This document shows, in pieces, positions 1 to 10,031 of a DNA stretch of 44,662 nt (the first letter of the stretch is position 1; each line of letters starts with the position of its first letter). The translations under genes were made by a program, and so were the position numbers. The notes under the pieces are model-generated. The model was not told the DNA's origin. It searched no databases and worked only from the letters and a program-made list of their open reading frames with translations. The stretch is from positions 1 through 44,662 of the forward strand of contig CALVSH010000039.1 in assembly GCA_944358945.1 (NCBI GenBank), given 5' to 3'. This DNA comes from an uncultured Bacilli bacterium (lineage in GTDB: Bacteria; Bacillota_I; Bacilli_A; RF39; UBA660).

Positions 1-155
1 GAATAAATCATATCATAGACTTAGATTATCTTCCGCCGTTAGTAAAAACTACCCTAGGTTATTTTTTCCCTAGGCACGAACACTACAATCATCACAGACT
101 GTGCGAGCATGGACTTTCCTCTAATATTAAAAATATCAGCGTTTGTCTATATATT
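1..155 (-). ncRNA. rnpB: RNase P RNA (Bacillus/type B), 5' portion only; the gene runs off the left edge of the window
   Basis: Reverse complement of 1-139 reads CUGAUAUUUUUAAUAUUAG (P3-like hairpin), then AGGAAAGUCCAUGCUCGCACAG, then GUAGUGUUCGUGCCUAGGG. This is the universally conserved P4 strand GAGGAAAGUCC followed by Bacillus-type sequence. It lies next to gpsB as in B. subtilis. The 5' end is approximate. Confidence 0.85.
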
Positions 156-495
156 AATTGTTATTATTCTTGTTACTACCGTATACCATTTTTTCAAGCT
201 GAGAAAGACGTCTTAAAATATCGACATTAGTAACTTCGGGAACTTCTACATTACTACGAGCAACTTCCATACTCATTTTAGAATTACGAAGTTCTTGTTT
301 TAGATTCATTATCTCACCTAACAAATCCGCTTTCTCCTTCTCTAAATTATTAATGATATTCAAGAACTGTTCATAGTCCCCAATAATAATATCTAGAAAC
401 TGGTCCACTTCTTTTAAACGGTATCCACGAGTATCAATTTTAAACTCTTTTTCCAAAATATCCTGTGGCATAAGCGTAATCTTATTTTGATACAT
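154..495 (-). CDS. gpsB: Cell-cycle protein GpsB (DivIVA-domain protein)
   Basis: DILEKEFK..RGY...EVDQFLD.II.DYE.F N-domain and C-terminal DILRRLSQLEKMVYGS, as in GpsB. ATG 495 (Met5 of the track ORF) is preferred because GGTGAT lies 4 nt upstream. Confidence 0.85.
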   Translation of the reverse strand: MYQNKITLMPQDILEKEFKIDTRGYRLKEVDQFLDIIIGDYEQFLNIINNLEKEKADLLGEIMNLKQELRNSKMSMEVARSNVEVPEVTNVDILRRLSQLEKMVYGSNKNNNN

Positions 496-817
496 TGTTA
501 TCACCAATCCCTTACAGTAATATTATGTCATTTATTACCCTATTTGTCAATTATCTAAGTACCGTTTTAAAGAATGAAAAGAAACTTCTAATTTTGCCTG
601 TCTCATCTTATCAGAAAGTGTATTCAAAATGCAAATCACTAAAAAGTTATTCATATCAATCACCAACTACATCATACAAAAAACAAAACAAAATATCATT
701 CCTTTCGACAAAAGATGTCAAAAAAAGTAAAAATCAAAAAAATTAGAATTTTATTTTTAACATGAAAAATATAGAAAAAAAGTAAAACATATAGTATAAT
801 ACAAAATAGGTGATGAG

Positions 818-1387
818 ATGAACTATCCAAACGGAATTAAAAAGCAACATAATACATCCCCTATAACATATAAAAACAGAGGAATGTCATTAGAAAGCGA
901 TATTAATGAAACCAATGAATATTATAGAGAAATAGACAAAGCATATATCTACAAGAAACCAACACCAGTAAAGATTGTAAAAGTACATTATCCATCTCGT
1001 GATAAAGCAGTTATTAAAGAAGCATACTATACAGTCCCATCAACAACAGATTATAACGGTTTATATAAAGGAAAATATATTGACTTTGAAGCAAAGGAGA
1101 CAAAAAACAAAACTTCTTTTCCTCTAGCAAATATTCACTCACACCAAATCAAGCATATAAAAAATATATATAACCATCAAGGAATTGTTTTTTTAATTGT
1201 AAGATTTATTCATTACAATGAAACATATTTATTATTAGGAAAAGACTTTCTAGATTTTATCGAAAGAGAAGAAAGGAAATCGATTCCTTATTCTTTTTTT
1301 CAAGAAAAAGGATACCTAATAAAAGATGGCTATAGACCAAGAATCGACTATTTAAAGATAGTAGATACAATTATTGGAGGTATATAA
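818..1387 (+). CDS. recU: Holliday junction resolvase RecU
   Basis: 189 aa with a RecU-like pattern (NRGMSLE.DIN.TN.YY, KPTPVKIVKV, TDYNGLYKGKYIDFEAKET). RBS is AGGTGAT. It abuts ponA as in the Bacillus recU-ponA operon. Confidence 0.9.
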   Translation: MNYPNGIKKQHNTSPITYKNRGMSLESDINETNEYYREIDKAYIYKKPTPVKIVKVHYPSRDKAVIKEAYYTVPSTTDYNGLYKGKYIDFEAKETKNKTSFPLANIHSHQIKHIKNIYNHQGIVFLIVRFIHYNETYLLLGKDFLDFIEREERKSIPYSFFQEKGYLIKDGYRPRIDYLKIVDTIIGGI

Positions 1388-1388
1388 A

Positions 1389-4103
1389 ATGCAGAAAAAA
1401 GTAATAAAAAGGAAAAGTGCTCCTAAAAAAAGTAGTGGTAGCACAAAAGAATACAGCATCAAGAAAAAACCTCAAACAACAGCCAAGTCAAAAGCAAAAA
1501 AGGAAAATAAAAATGTCTTAATTGTCTGTTGGATTCTTTTTGTAGCATTATTGTTATTGTGTTACATAAAATTAGGTTTAATCTTTACACTGGTAACTGC
1601 TGTAGGAATTGGAATTATCGTAGGAGTTGCTCATTTACTACGAAAAGCAAAGAAAGATAAAAAGAAGAAAAAAATAATTAATATAATCCTAATTATTATA
1701 TTAGCCTTGGGAATCTTATGTTTAGCTTTATTTGCCGCTTTCCTAGTCTATATCACAGTAACAGCTCCAGAGTTTGATGCTGAAAAACTAGACACCAAGG
1801 AAATGAGTATTTTCTATGATGGAAGTGGAAAAAAGTTTGCCGAAACAGGAGAAGAAAGAAGAGAAAAGATAACTTATGATGATCTTCCACAAGTATTTAT
1901 AGACGCTTTAGTTGCTACAGAAGACTCAAGATTCTTTGAACATAATGGATTTGATGCTCCAAGATTCTTAAAAGCAAGCATTGGTCAAGTACTAGGAAAT
2001 TCTGATGCTGGTGGAGCTTCAACAATTTCCATGCAAGTTATTAAAAACTCAATGACATCAACAGAAGATAGTGGTATTCAAGGTATTATTCGTAAATTTA
2101 CCGATATCTATCTAGCTGTATTTAAACTAGAAAAGAATTATACAAAAGAACAAATTATTGAATTTTATGTAAATAACCACGGATTAGGTGGTATGGTTTA
2201 TGGAGTAGAAGAAGCTGCTCAAACATATTTTGGAAAAAGTGCTAGTGAACTAAATTTAAGTGAAGCTGCAATATTAGCCGGAATGTTCCAAGCACCTACT
2301 TACTATAAACCTGATGTTAATCCAGAAAATGCAGAAAAAAGACGTTCTACTGTATTATATTTAATGGTAAGACATGGATATATAACACAAGAACAAGCAG
2401 ATATTGCTAATAGTATTCCTGTAGAAGATTTAGTAGTAGAACAAGCTGCTTCATCTGATCCATATCAAGGATATTTAGATACAGTAACAAAAGAATTAGA
2501 AGAAGAATATAACATTGATCCAAACGAAACACCAGTAGAAGTATATACAAACTTAGATACAGCAAAACAAGATGCAGTAAATTCTGTTATGAATGGTGAA
2601 AGTTATACATGGATTAATGACAAAGTACAAGCAGGTGTTACCGTTTTAGATTCAGAAACTGGAAAAGTTTTAGCAATCGGTGCTGGTAGAAACCGTGGAG
2701 CTGGAGGATGGAACTACGCTGTAGATAATAAACGTCAGCCAGGATCAACAGCAAAACCATTATTCGATTATGGTCCAGGAATTGAATACAACAACTGGTC
2801 AACATATACACTATTTGATGATTCACCATATAGCTATTCAAATGGTCAATCAATCAAAAACTGGGATAATGGATATTTTGGAACAATTACTTTAAGAAGA
2901 GCATTATCAACATCAAGAAACATTCCTGCATTAAAAGCCTTCCAACAAGTAGATAACAAAAAAATAATAGAATTTGTAGAAAATTTAGGAATTACGCCAG
3001 AAGTAGAAAATGGTAAAATTCATGAAGCTCACTCAATCGGAGCATTCTCTCCAGGTGTTTCTTCTCTAGAAATGGCCGGAGCTTACGCAGCATTCTCAAA
3101 TGGAGGATATTATAACAAACCACATACAATAGAAAAAATTGTTATTCGTGATACCGGAGAAGTAATAGAATTCGAAGGAGAAGCTACTAAAGTAATGTCT
3201 GATGCTACTGCATTCATGATATCTGATGTATTACAAGATGTTGCATTAACTGGTGGAACTCCAACAAACGTAGCTGCTAAGACAGGTACTACAAACTTTG
3301 ATGATGAAACAATGGAAAGATACAACTTACCAAATGATGCTATCAGAGATTCCTGGGTAGTAGGATACTCAACAAAAACAGTTATTGCTTTATGGTATGG
3401 ATACGATACAATCGATTCAACATATGTATTACACAATGTACCAGCAACCATCCAAAAAGATAGAATCTTCAATGCATTAGTAAATGCTGGAGCTATGGAA
3501 TCTAATAGAGAAGCATTCGTTCAACCAGATAGTGTTGTAAGACTTGGTATTATCTCAGGATCTAATCCACCAGTTGTAGCCGGAAGTGGATACACTGGAA
3601 ACGTTGTTTATGAATACTTCAAGAAAGGTTATGAACCAGAGGAAACAGATACATCAAGTGTTTCCCTAGCTAAACCAGGTAACTTTAGAGTAACCTATAA
3701 CGAATCAAGTAACTCAGTTACAATGTCTTGGTCAGCAGTAAATCCTGGTAATAATGAAAGTTTAGGAACATTTGGATATAATGTATATCTTGGATCAACT
3801 CTACTTGGATTTACAGAAGGTACAAGTTTCACATATAACTTAGGATCAACATCACCATATGGAACTTATCGTGTAGTTGCAACCTATAAAGGATATAGTG
3901 GTATTCAAAGTGATGCTGCAACCTACACTTTAAAAGAACCTGAAGTAGAAGAACCTGAAGAACCTGAAACACCAACTGATCCTTATGAAGAACAAAAAGC
4001 CGAATGTGCTGCAAGCGGTGGAACATGGGATAGCAATACTAACACATGTACTCCTGCAACAGACCCTGGTGATGATAATGATGAAACAATTATAACCCCA
4101 TAA
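1389..4103 (+). CDS. ponA: Class A penicillin-binding protein (PBP1A/1B type: glycosyltransferase + transpeptidase) with a C-terminal Fn3-like domain and acidic/Pro-rich tail
   Basis: N-terminal TM segments; GT51 motifs EDSRFFEHNGFD and GGASTISMQ; transpeptidase motifs STAK, SRN and KTGT. ATG 1389 is preferred over the track's TTG 1374 because GGAGG (1376-1380) sits 8 nt upstream. Confidence 0.9.
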   Translation: MQKKVIKRKSAPKKSSGSTKEYSIKKKPQTTAKSKAKKENKNVLIVCWILFVALLLLCYIKLGLIFTLVTAVGIGIIVGVAHLLRKAKKDKKKKKIINIILIIILALGILCLALFAAFLVYITVTAPEFDAEKLDTKEMSIFYDGSGKKFAETGEERREKITYDDLPQVFIDALVATEDSRFFEHNGFDAPRFLKASIGQVLGNSDAGGASTISMQVIKNSMTSTEDSGIQGIIRKFTDIYLAVFKLEKNYTKEQIIEFYVNNHGLGGMVYGVEEAAQTYFGKSASELNLSEAAILAGMFQAPTYYKPDVNPENAEKRRSTVLYLMVRHGYITQEQADIANSIPVEDLVVEQAASSDPYQGYLDTVTKELEEEYNIDPNETPVEVYTNLDTAKQDAVNSVMNGESYTWINDKVQAGVTVLDSETGKVLAIGAGRNRGAGGWNYAVDNKRQPGSTAKPLFDYGPGIEYNNWSTYTLFDDSPYSYSNGQSIKNWDNGYFGTITLRRALSTSRNIPALKAFQQVDNKKIIEFVENLGITPEVENGKIHEAHSIGAFSPGVSSLEMAGAYAAFSNGGYYNKPHTIEKIVIRDTGEVIEFEGEATKVMSDATAFMISDVLQDVALTGGTPTNVAAKTGTTNFDDETMERYNLPNDAIRDSWVVGYSTKTVIALWYGYDTIDSTYVLHNVPATIQKDRIFNALVNAGAMESNREAFVQPDSVVRLGIISGSNPPVVAGSGYTGNVVYEYFKKGYEPEETDTSSVSLAKPGNFRVTYNESSNSVTMSWSAVNPGNNESLGTFGYNVYLGSTLLGFTEGTSFTYNLGSTSPYGTYRVVATYKGYSGIQSDAATYTLKEPEVEEPEEPETPTDPYEEQKAECAASGGTWDSNTNTCTPATDPGDDNDETIITP

Positions 4104-4106
4104 CAA

Positions 4107-4137
4107 AAGAAGAATCAATCAAGATTCTTCTTTTTTT
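4107..4137. terminator. Bidirectional intrinsic terminator between convergent ponA and nth
   Basis: Perfect 10-bp stem AAGAAGAATC/GATTCTTCTT with a 6-nt loop. An A-run precedes it and a T-run follows it. Confidence 0.65.
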
Positions 4138-4750
4138 CACGACAATATTCCTTCAAAGGACAGTCCTTACATAACGGTTTTACCGCTTTACAATAATACC
4201 TTCCAAAAAGTACCATCTGCAAATGAAACTTAGCCCAGGACTCCCTTGGTATTTTTTTCATCAACTTACACTCAACATCCAAAACAGAATCATTAAGATA
4301 AGCAAGTTTTAACCTCTTAGAGACACGTTCTACATGAGTATCAACCGCAATTGCAGGATAGTGATAAAACTCTGCTAGAAATACATTTACCGTCTTTCTA
4401 CCAACACCAGGAAAACTCTCTAATACCTCTCTATCAACAGGAACAACCCCATTAAACTCATCAACCAATCTTCTAGCAATCTCCTTAATAAATCTTGCTT
4501 TCTTTCGAAAAGACCCCACGGGTCTGATAATATCTTCCAAATCTTCAACAGATGCATTTGCTAAATCTTCTAAACTAGGATATTTAGAAAAAATAACAGG
4601 AGTAACTGAATTCACTCTCTTATCCGTTGACTGAGCACTTAATACAACCGCCATCAACAACTGATAATCCGTAGCATAAAGAAGTTCACACTTAGGATCA
4701 GGAAACAAAGTATCTAAATATTCTAACAACTTACTCGTCATCATCATCAA
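4115..4750 (-). CDS. nth: Endonuclease III (DNA glycosylase/AP lyase)
   Basis: HhH-GPD pattern (GVGRKTVNVFL, AVDTHV.RV) and a C-terminal 4Fe-4S loop C-x6-C-x2-C-x5-C (CKAVKPLCKDCPLKEYC). Four consecutive ATGs make the exact start ambiguous. Confidence 0.9.
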   Translation of the reverse strand: MMMMTSKLLEYLDTLFPDPKCELLYATDYQLLMAVVLSAQSTDKRVNSVTPVIFSKYPSLEDLANASVEDLEDIIRPVGSFRKKARFIKEIARRLVDEFNGVVPVDREVLESFPGVGRKTVNVFLAEFYHYPAIAVDTHVERVSKRLKLAYLNDSVLDVECKLMKKIPRESWAKFHLQMVLFGRYYCKAVKPLCKDCPLKEYCREKKKNLD

Positions 4751-5411
4751 ACCAATCCCAATCTACAATATCCAAATCAATACTACTATCTGCTTCCTCT
4801 TCCCTACGTTGTACTCTTTTCTTACGCTGATTTTCTACATCCTTAACCGTTTTAATACCAACTTTCCCCCATTCATACAAAATCTTATCAATATATCTTA
4901 AATTAGACACTCCATTAAAGGTAGCCTCTTTAATAGCTTCACGAATCAACTCTTCACTAATATCATTATCAAGCCAAGCTTTAATAATCTCATACTCAAT
5001 AGGACTTAATGTCCTACCAAACTCCTTCTCTACAATCTCAAAAATATTAGATTGATAACTAGCACTCTTCTCATTAGTATCTTCTACCATCAATAAAGAT
5101 AATCTCCTAAAAAATCCATCCAACAAGACAACTTCTTCCATCAAATCTTTATCATTTTTTAATACTTCTACTTGAATAAGTTTCTTATCCGTTAAATTAC
5201 CAATAAACTCCATAACTTTAGTAGAATCTATATTTAAATCCTTAGCATACTTAGAAGGATTAAATAAACTCTTATCACCCAGTTGATATAGATACATCAA
5301 AAACATAAACTCTTCCATCGATATCTTCAACTTTTTATATTGTTGAAGAAAATACATAGGTATAACTAAATGACCTTGTTTAAATATATCTACAATCTGA
5401 CTACTCTTCAT
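4731..5411 (-). CDS. dnaD: DnaD-domain replication initiation/primosome protein
   Basis: C-terminal DnaD/DnaB_2-type repeat (LSP.EYEIIKAWLDN..SEELI.EAIKEA...GV.NLRYIDKIL..W). The dnaD-nth adjacency matches Bacillus. The 3' end overlaps nth by about 20 nt. Confidence 0.75.
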   Translation of the reverse strand: MKSSQIVDIFKQGHLVIPMYFLQQYKKLKISMEEFMFLMYLYQLGDKSLFNPSKYAKDLNIDSTKVMEFIGNLTDKKLIQVEVLKNDKDLMEEVVLLDGFFRRLSLLMVEDTNEKSASYQSNIFEIVEKEFGRTLSPIEYEIIKAWLDNDISEELIREAIKEATFNGVSNLRYIDKILYEWGKVGIKTVKDVENQRKKRVQRREEEADSSIDLDIVDWDWFDDDDE

Positions 5412-5487
5412 GTTATCATCTCCCTAAAATATTACTACTATAATATCAAAAACAATCTATGAAGTAAACGAAAAGAAAAAACTTCTA

Positions 5488-6585
5488 TCAAATAGAAGTA
5501 AATTTCTCTTTTATATAGGCAAGCAATATCTCTTTTTGATTAGCCAATCTATGATATAAAACTTCTCTTTCTATATCCTCATATACCTCACTTAAATATT
5601 CACCAGGCTCTCTATGCAAACACTCCATAATCTCTTCACTAGAAACTGCCAAATCTCCTCTACTATGAATAACAAGATTATTATAAGCTTCCGTTATCTT
5701 TTTCTTATCTAAACCCTTCATTTCTCCAGCCACACTATTTACATACAAATCATATTTATATAAAGCAACAGGATCATAATTATTCAACTTCATCGCAACC
5801 CGGATATCTTTCATTAACTCTTTCTCATTATTAGAAAATGGATATTTGTCCTCAACATTTAATATACTCCAAATACCAATCAAACTATTAGTATATTCTA
5901 CTTCATTTAACTTATCTAACTCTAAATACTTATCCATATGATATTCCAACAACATACGAATACCCTCTTCAGCATGACCACTGACAAACATCTTATCAAG
6001 CTCTATTTTTTTACGCTGATATGATAATTCCCTAAGTAAAGGTCTATGTTTCAAAATAGCTTCCACTACCTCTTCATCTAACTGAAAATCAAGTACAGTC
6101 GCAAAACGGATTGCTCTAAGAATTCGTAAAGCATCTTGATTAAACTTCTCATCAGCATCCCCAACACTACGAATTATCTTTCTCTCTAAATCATCACGAC
6201 CACCTAAAAAATCAATAACCTCTCCTTCTTCATCAATACAAATTGTATTAATTGTAAAATCTCTTCTAAGTAAATCTTGATACAAATCATCAATATATTG
6301 TATTTCAACAGGCTTACGATGATCTTGATAAGTAAATTCTTTACGAAAAGTAGTAATTTCAAATCTTATACCATATTTATTAACAATAACAGAACCATAA
6401 TCTTCTGTCGGCAAAAATCCCTCTGGAAACACTTCCTTAATCTCTCTAGGAGTTGCATTAGTACAAACATCAATATCTAAGGATTCAATACCAAGTAAGT
6501 AATCTCTAACAAACCCTCCTACAATATAAGCTTTATAATTATGTTCTGTTAATTCTTTAATTAATTTTAACGCTTTATCAAGCAT
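5488..6585 (-). CDS. cca: CCA-adding enzyme (tRNA nucleotidyltransferase)
   Basis: Pol-beta head motifs GGFVRDYLLG...DIDV and RRDFTIN. ATG 6585 (Met5 of the track ORF) is preferred because GGTGATG lies just upstream. Confidence 0.85.
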   Translation of the reverse strand: MLDKALKLIKELTEHNYKAYIVGGFVRDYLLGIESLDIDVCTNATPREIKEVFPEGFLPTEDYGSVIVNKYGIRFEITTFRKEFTYQDHRKPVEIQYIDDLYQDLLRRDFTINTICIDEEGEVIDFLGGRDDLERKIIRSVGDADEKFNQDALRILRAIRFATVLDFQLDEEVVEAILKHRPLLRELSYQRKKIELDKMFVSGHAEEGIRMLLEYHMDKYLELDKLNEVEYTNSLIGIWSILNVEDKYPFSNNEKELMKDIRVAMKLNNYDPVALYKYDLYVNSVAGEMKGLDKKKITEAYNNLVIHSRGDLAVSSEEIMECLHREPGEYLSEVYEDIEREVLYHRLANQKEILLAYIKEKFTSI

Positions 6586-6681
6586 GAGCATCACCATATA
6601 TATTTTACCAAAATTCCCTAAAAAAGTCTTAAAAAACCACCAAAATAACTATAGTAAATAGTATAATTTACATTTAAAACA

Positions 6682-6706
6682 GAAAAAAAGAGATGAAACC
6701 ATCTCT
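6682..6706 (-). terminator. Intrinsic terminator downstream of hup
   Basis: Minus strand reads AGAGATG-GTTT-CATCTCT followed by TTTTTTCTG. Confidence 0.6.
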
Positions 6707-6727
6707 TATATACAATACATATTAATC

Positions 6728-7000
6728 TTAGTTTACAGCATCTTTTAATGCAGAACCAGCTTTGAATGTAACAGCGTTTCTAGCAGCAATCTTAACAACT
6801 TCACCAGTTCTAGGATTACGTCCTTCACGAGCTGCTCTTTCAGAAACTGCAAATGTACCGAATCCAACAAGTGGTACTTTATCTCCATTTGCTAAAGCAT
6901 TTGTGATAACTTTAAAAGTAGCATCAATTGCTCTTGTAGCATCTGCTTTAGTTAATCCTGTCTCTTCAGCAACAGCCTCTACTAATTCACTTTTTTTCAT
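6728..7000 (-). CDS. hup: DNA-binding protein HU
   Basis: 90 aa. MKKSELVEAVAEETGLTKADA...FGTF.V.ERAAREGRNPRTGE is the classic HU/IHF fold signature. RBS is GGGAGGT. Confidence 0.95.
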   Translation of the reverse strand: MKKSELVEAVAEETGLTKADATRAIDATFKVITNALANGDKVPLVGFGTFAVSERAAREGRNPRTGEVVKIAARNAVTFKAGSALKDAVN

Positions 7001-7097
7001 TAATATATACCTCCCTAATAATATAAATTAAGCACTTTATGCTTACATATAGAATTTACCATGTTTCCATATAAATTGCAAGAAATATCAACAAATT

Positions 7098-7436
7098 TTA
7101 CTTATCTTTACGCAAGGCTTTTTCAATAGATGTTAATAAAGAAATAATATGACCTAAAGCAAAAAAGAAAAGACATACTAGAAAAGAGATAAACCAAAAA
7201 AACACCATCAAACTAAAATTAAATTCTGTAGAAGTACAAGTATCAAAAAAATTAGAACTAGACCCACAGGCAGGAAATAAATTACCTAGGATAATACCAA
7301 ACACAAAACAAATCACAAACACTACAATCGCTATCTTTTGATATCCATTATAAGTGTAATGACTCATCTGCTTCTTAATGTTTTGAACCTTAGGCAAGTC
7401 TCGTTTTTCACGTTCAATTTCTTCAAACATATTCAT
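7098..7436 (-). CDS. Small membrane protein, unknown function (2 predicted TM helices)
   Basis: 112-aa ORF starting 2 nt after the stop of the upstream membrane-protein gene. It has a charged N-terminus and two long hydrophobic stretches. No family recognised. Confidence 0.5.
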   Translation of the reverse strand: MNMFEEIEREKRDLPKVQNIKKQMSHYTYNGYQKIAIVVFVICFVFGIILGNLFPACGSSSNFFDTCTSTEFNFSLMVFFWFISFLVCLFFFALGHIISLLTSIEKALRKDK

Positions 7437-7438
7437 AA

Positions 7439-8284
7439 TTACTTATCTCCTCTTTTCTTACTATATTTTTCCTTTGCTATTTTTTTATTACTACCCTTCT
7501 TAACTTTCTTTCTATCTTCAGAATCTAACTTATTAGAAACAGTCTTTCCAAGAGATTTAGTAACATCCTCTACGCTATCAGCAATATCTTCTACTACTTC
7601 ATCTAACTTATCTTTAACCTCTTCCACTTTTTCCTTAATATCATCAATATTAGCTGTCTTTATTTTTTTACTTTTATTCTCCAAAAAACAACCATACAAA
7701 TAAATATATCTAGCAAAAAGCATCATAAAAAAGGCATCTAAACATGCAAGAATAGTTCCATCTTTAGTAGTAGTAGAAATTAATTCAATTGCCCATAATA
7801 CAACAGTAAAGGTAATCATTGCATAAAAATAAGAATCATTACTTATCTCATTAAAAGGTGACTTATTTAAATGAAATTCTCTCCATATCTTACTTCTACG
7901 AAATAAAGTATGAAATAAATATACAAACAAAGTTAAATGTAGACAACAATCAATCAATGTCTCTAAAGAAAATGATTGAAAAACTGTAAGAATTGATGTA
8001 ATTCCCATAATGAAATAAAGTAAAATCAAAAATACATTCAAAAAATCAAAATATCTCTTACCAACTCTAGTCTTTAACGCTACAAAATAAACAAGTAAAA
8101 GTAAATAAACACTATTGTGATTAATAATACTACTTAAAATTGCTTGAGTACTAAGATTATTATGAATCGCAAAAGACTGACTAAGTATAATAATAATCGC
8201 AATCATACCAATTAATAAATTAGTAATAATAGACGGATTATCATACCATTCCACTTGAACTTTTTTTTCTACATCCTTCATCAT
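7439..8284 (-). CDS. Polytopic membrane protein with a charged coiled-coil C-terminal tail, unknown function
   Basis: 281-aa ORF with about 5-6 hydrophobic helices, then IDDIKEKVEEVKDKLDEVVEDIADSVEDV and a Lys-rich tail. RBS is AAGGAGGA. No family recognised. Confidence 0.55.
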   Translation of the reverse strand: MMKDVEKKVQVEWYDNPSIITNLLIGMIAIIIILSQSFAIHNNLSTQAILSSIINHNSVYLLLLVYFVALKTRVGKRYFDFLNVFLILLYFIMGITSILTVFQSFSLETLIDCCLHLTLFVYLFHTLFRRSKIWREFHLNKSPFNEISNDSYFYAMITFTVVLWAIELISTTTKDGTILACLDAFFMMLFARYIYLYGCFLENKSKKIKTANIDDIKEKVEEVKDKLDEVVEDIADSVEDVTKSLGKTVSNKLDSEDRKKVKKGSNKKIAKEKYSKKRGDK

Positions 8285-8402
8285 TATCCTCCTTTATTAT
8301 TAGTATTATAACACACTTATAAGCAGATTTTGTGAAGATATCACTTTTTCTTTAAAATTTGACAATCCTATGATATAATACCAGTGAATTGGAGGGGATA
8401 CT

Positions 8403-9707
8403 ATGATACCTACCGTAGCCTTAGTAGGTAGACCAAATGTTGGTAAATCAACACTTTTTAATAAAATAGTTGGTAAAAAAATAGCCATCATTGAAGATCT
8501 ACCAGGAGTAACAAGAGATAGAATTTATTCTGACGCTACATACAATAATAAACATTTTTACTTGGTAGATACTGGTGGAATAGATGCTAGTAAAATGAAA
8601 TTTAATGACGAAATTAAAATGCAAGCAGAAATAGCGATTAAAGAAGCAGACGTAGTAGTATTTATCGTAGATGGAAAAGAAGGACTAACATCAAATGATT
8701 TAATTGTAAGAGATTTACTAAGAAAAAGCAAAAAAGAAGTTATTGTTGCAATTAATAAAGTAGATAACAAAGAAGCACAAAATAATATCTATGACTTTTA
8801 TGAACTAGGATTTAATACTTATATTCCAATCAGTAGTATTCATAATACAGGATATATTGAATTAATGGATGCAATTACCAAGAATTTTCCTGAAAAAGAA
8901 AAAGAAGAAGATACTAGACTAAAGTTTTCTATCATAGGCCGTCCAAATGTTGGTAAAAGTAGTCTAACAAATGCCTTACTAAAAGAAGAACGTGTTGTAG
9001 TATCAGATGTCGCTGGTACAACAAGAGACTCCATTGACTCTGTATTAAAATACCATAATGAAGAATATGTCTTAATTGATACTGCTGAAATGAGAAAAAA
9101 AGGTCGTATCTTTGAATCAGTAGAAAAATATAGCCTATTTCGTTCTCTAAAAGCCATTGATAGAAGTGATATCTGCCTAGTGGTAATAAATGCAGAAGAA
9201 GGAATCAAAGAACATGACAAACATATCGCGGGATACGCTATTGAAAGAGGAAAAGGATTAATTTTTGTTGTTAATAAATGGGATACCGTAAAAGATAAAA
9301 CCATTCCAGAATTTGAAAAAGAAATGCGTGCTGAATTTCAATTCGCAACTTATGCACCAATCGTCTATCTATCAGCACTAACAAAGAAAAGAATTCATAC
9401 TCTAATGCCAGAAGTAATTAAAGTAGGAGAAAACATTAAACGAGAAATACCAACTAGTCTTTTAAATAATGTAATATTAGATGCTTATCAATTGAATATT
9501 CCACCATCATACAAAGGAAAAAGACTAAAGATATTCTTTGCCTCACAAACAGGAGTGAAACCACCTAAATTTACATTAAGAGTAAACAACAAAGGACTAA
9601 TTCATTTCTCCTATGAAAGATACTTAGAAAATAAACTAAGAGAGAACTTTGAACTAGAAGGAACACCAATTATTTTACAATTTAAAAATAGAAACGGAGA
9701 AGATTAA
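8403..9707 (+). CDS. der: Ribosome-associated GTPase Der (EngA), double G-domain + KH-like domain
   Basis: Two P-loops, both GRPNVGKS (N-terminus and around residue 180); also DTGG and NK.D motifs. RBS is GGAGGGG. Confidence 0.95.
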   Translation: MIPTVALVGRPNVGKSTLFNKIVGKKIAIIEDLPGVTRDRIYSDATYNNKHFYLVDTGGIDASKMKFNDEIKMQAEIAIKEADVVVFIVDGKEGLTSNDLIVRDLLRKSKKEVIVAINKVDNKEAQNNIYDFYELGFNTYIPISSIHNTGYIELMDAITKNFPEKEKEEDTRLKFSIIGRPNVGKSSLTNALLKEERVVVSDVAGTTRDSIDSVLKYHNEEYVLIDTAEMRKKGRIFESVEKYSLFRSLKAIDRSDICLVVINAEEGIKEHDKHIAGYAIERGKGLIFVVNKWDTVKDKTIPEFEKEMRAEFQFATYAPIVYLSALTKKRIHTLMPEVIKVGENIKREIPTSLLNNVILDAYQLNIPPSYKGKRLKIFFASQTGVKPPKFTLRVNNKGLIHFSYERYLENKLRENFELEGTPIILQFKNRNGED

Positions 9708-9708
9708 A

Positions 9709-9999
9709 ATGATATTAGGAAATAATTCCAATAAAGAAATAAATCATTTTCAAAACACCAACTTCAATAAAAACTATGATTTCCAACAACAAATAAATAA
9801 CAACAATAACAACAATAACAACAAAAATATCTTTACAGAAGACATCAAAACAAAACAACATACCAATCCATTAAATAAAAATGATATGTATGATAAAACA
9901 CTTTCCCTACTTCATGAAAGACTAACGCAAGGAACTATATCCTTAGAAGAATTTAATAAACAATGTGAAAAATTAGGCAAAAAAAGAAGACAATCATAA
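9709..9999 (+). CDS. Small hypothetical protein with a poly-Asn tract and a SHOCT-like C-terminal helix pair
   Basis: The ATG lies 1 nt after the der stop (TAAAATG). Nine Asn codons form 3 copies of AATAACAAC. The C-terminus LLHERLTQGTISLEEFNKQCEKL resembles the SHOCT motif. Confidence 0.5.
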   Translation: MILGNNSNKEINHFQNTNFNKNYDFQQQINNNNNNNNNKNIFTEDIKTKQHTNPLNKNDMYDKTLSLLHERLTQGTISLEEFNKQCEKLGKKRRQS

Positions 10000-10031
10000 C
10001 AAATTGCATATACTGAATATAGGAGGTACCT

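Noticed and set aside
495-746. 83-aa plus-strand ORF in the gpsB-recU intergenic region
   Set aside because: It has no RBS and a low-complexity Ser/Lys/Tyr composition. It begins inside the gpsB start region and lies in a divergent promoter region. It is most likely a chance ORF.
1374-1388. TTG 1374 as the ponA start, as given in the ORF track
   Set aside because: The GGAGG at 1376-1380 would then lie inside the coding sequence. ATG 1389 sits 8 nt downstream of it and gives a typical basic N-terminus (MQKKVIKRK).
6762-7031. 89-aa ORF antisense to hup, and similar antisense ORFs elsewhere (2638-2853, 3110-3472, 8840-9304, 11566-11829, 16085-16288 and 43092-43451)
   Set aside because: All lie entirely within, and opposite to, strongly supported conserved genes. 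They lack RBS motifs and have odd compositions. They are typical shadow ORFs.
8359-8364. Perfect TTGACA upstream of der as a -35 box
   Set aside because: It lies only 9 nt from the TATAAT (8374-8379), which is too close. The promoter more likely uses the extended -10 (TGATATAAT) with a weak -35 further upstream.
9796-9822. The AATAACAAC x3 tandem repeat as a CRISPR-like or phase-variation element
   Set aside because: There are only three short units with no spacers. The unit length is a multiple of three and lies inside a CDS, so copy changes keep the frame. It is not a CRISPR array and not an on/off switch.
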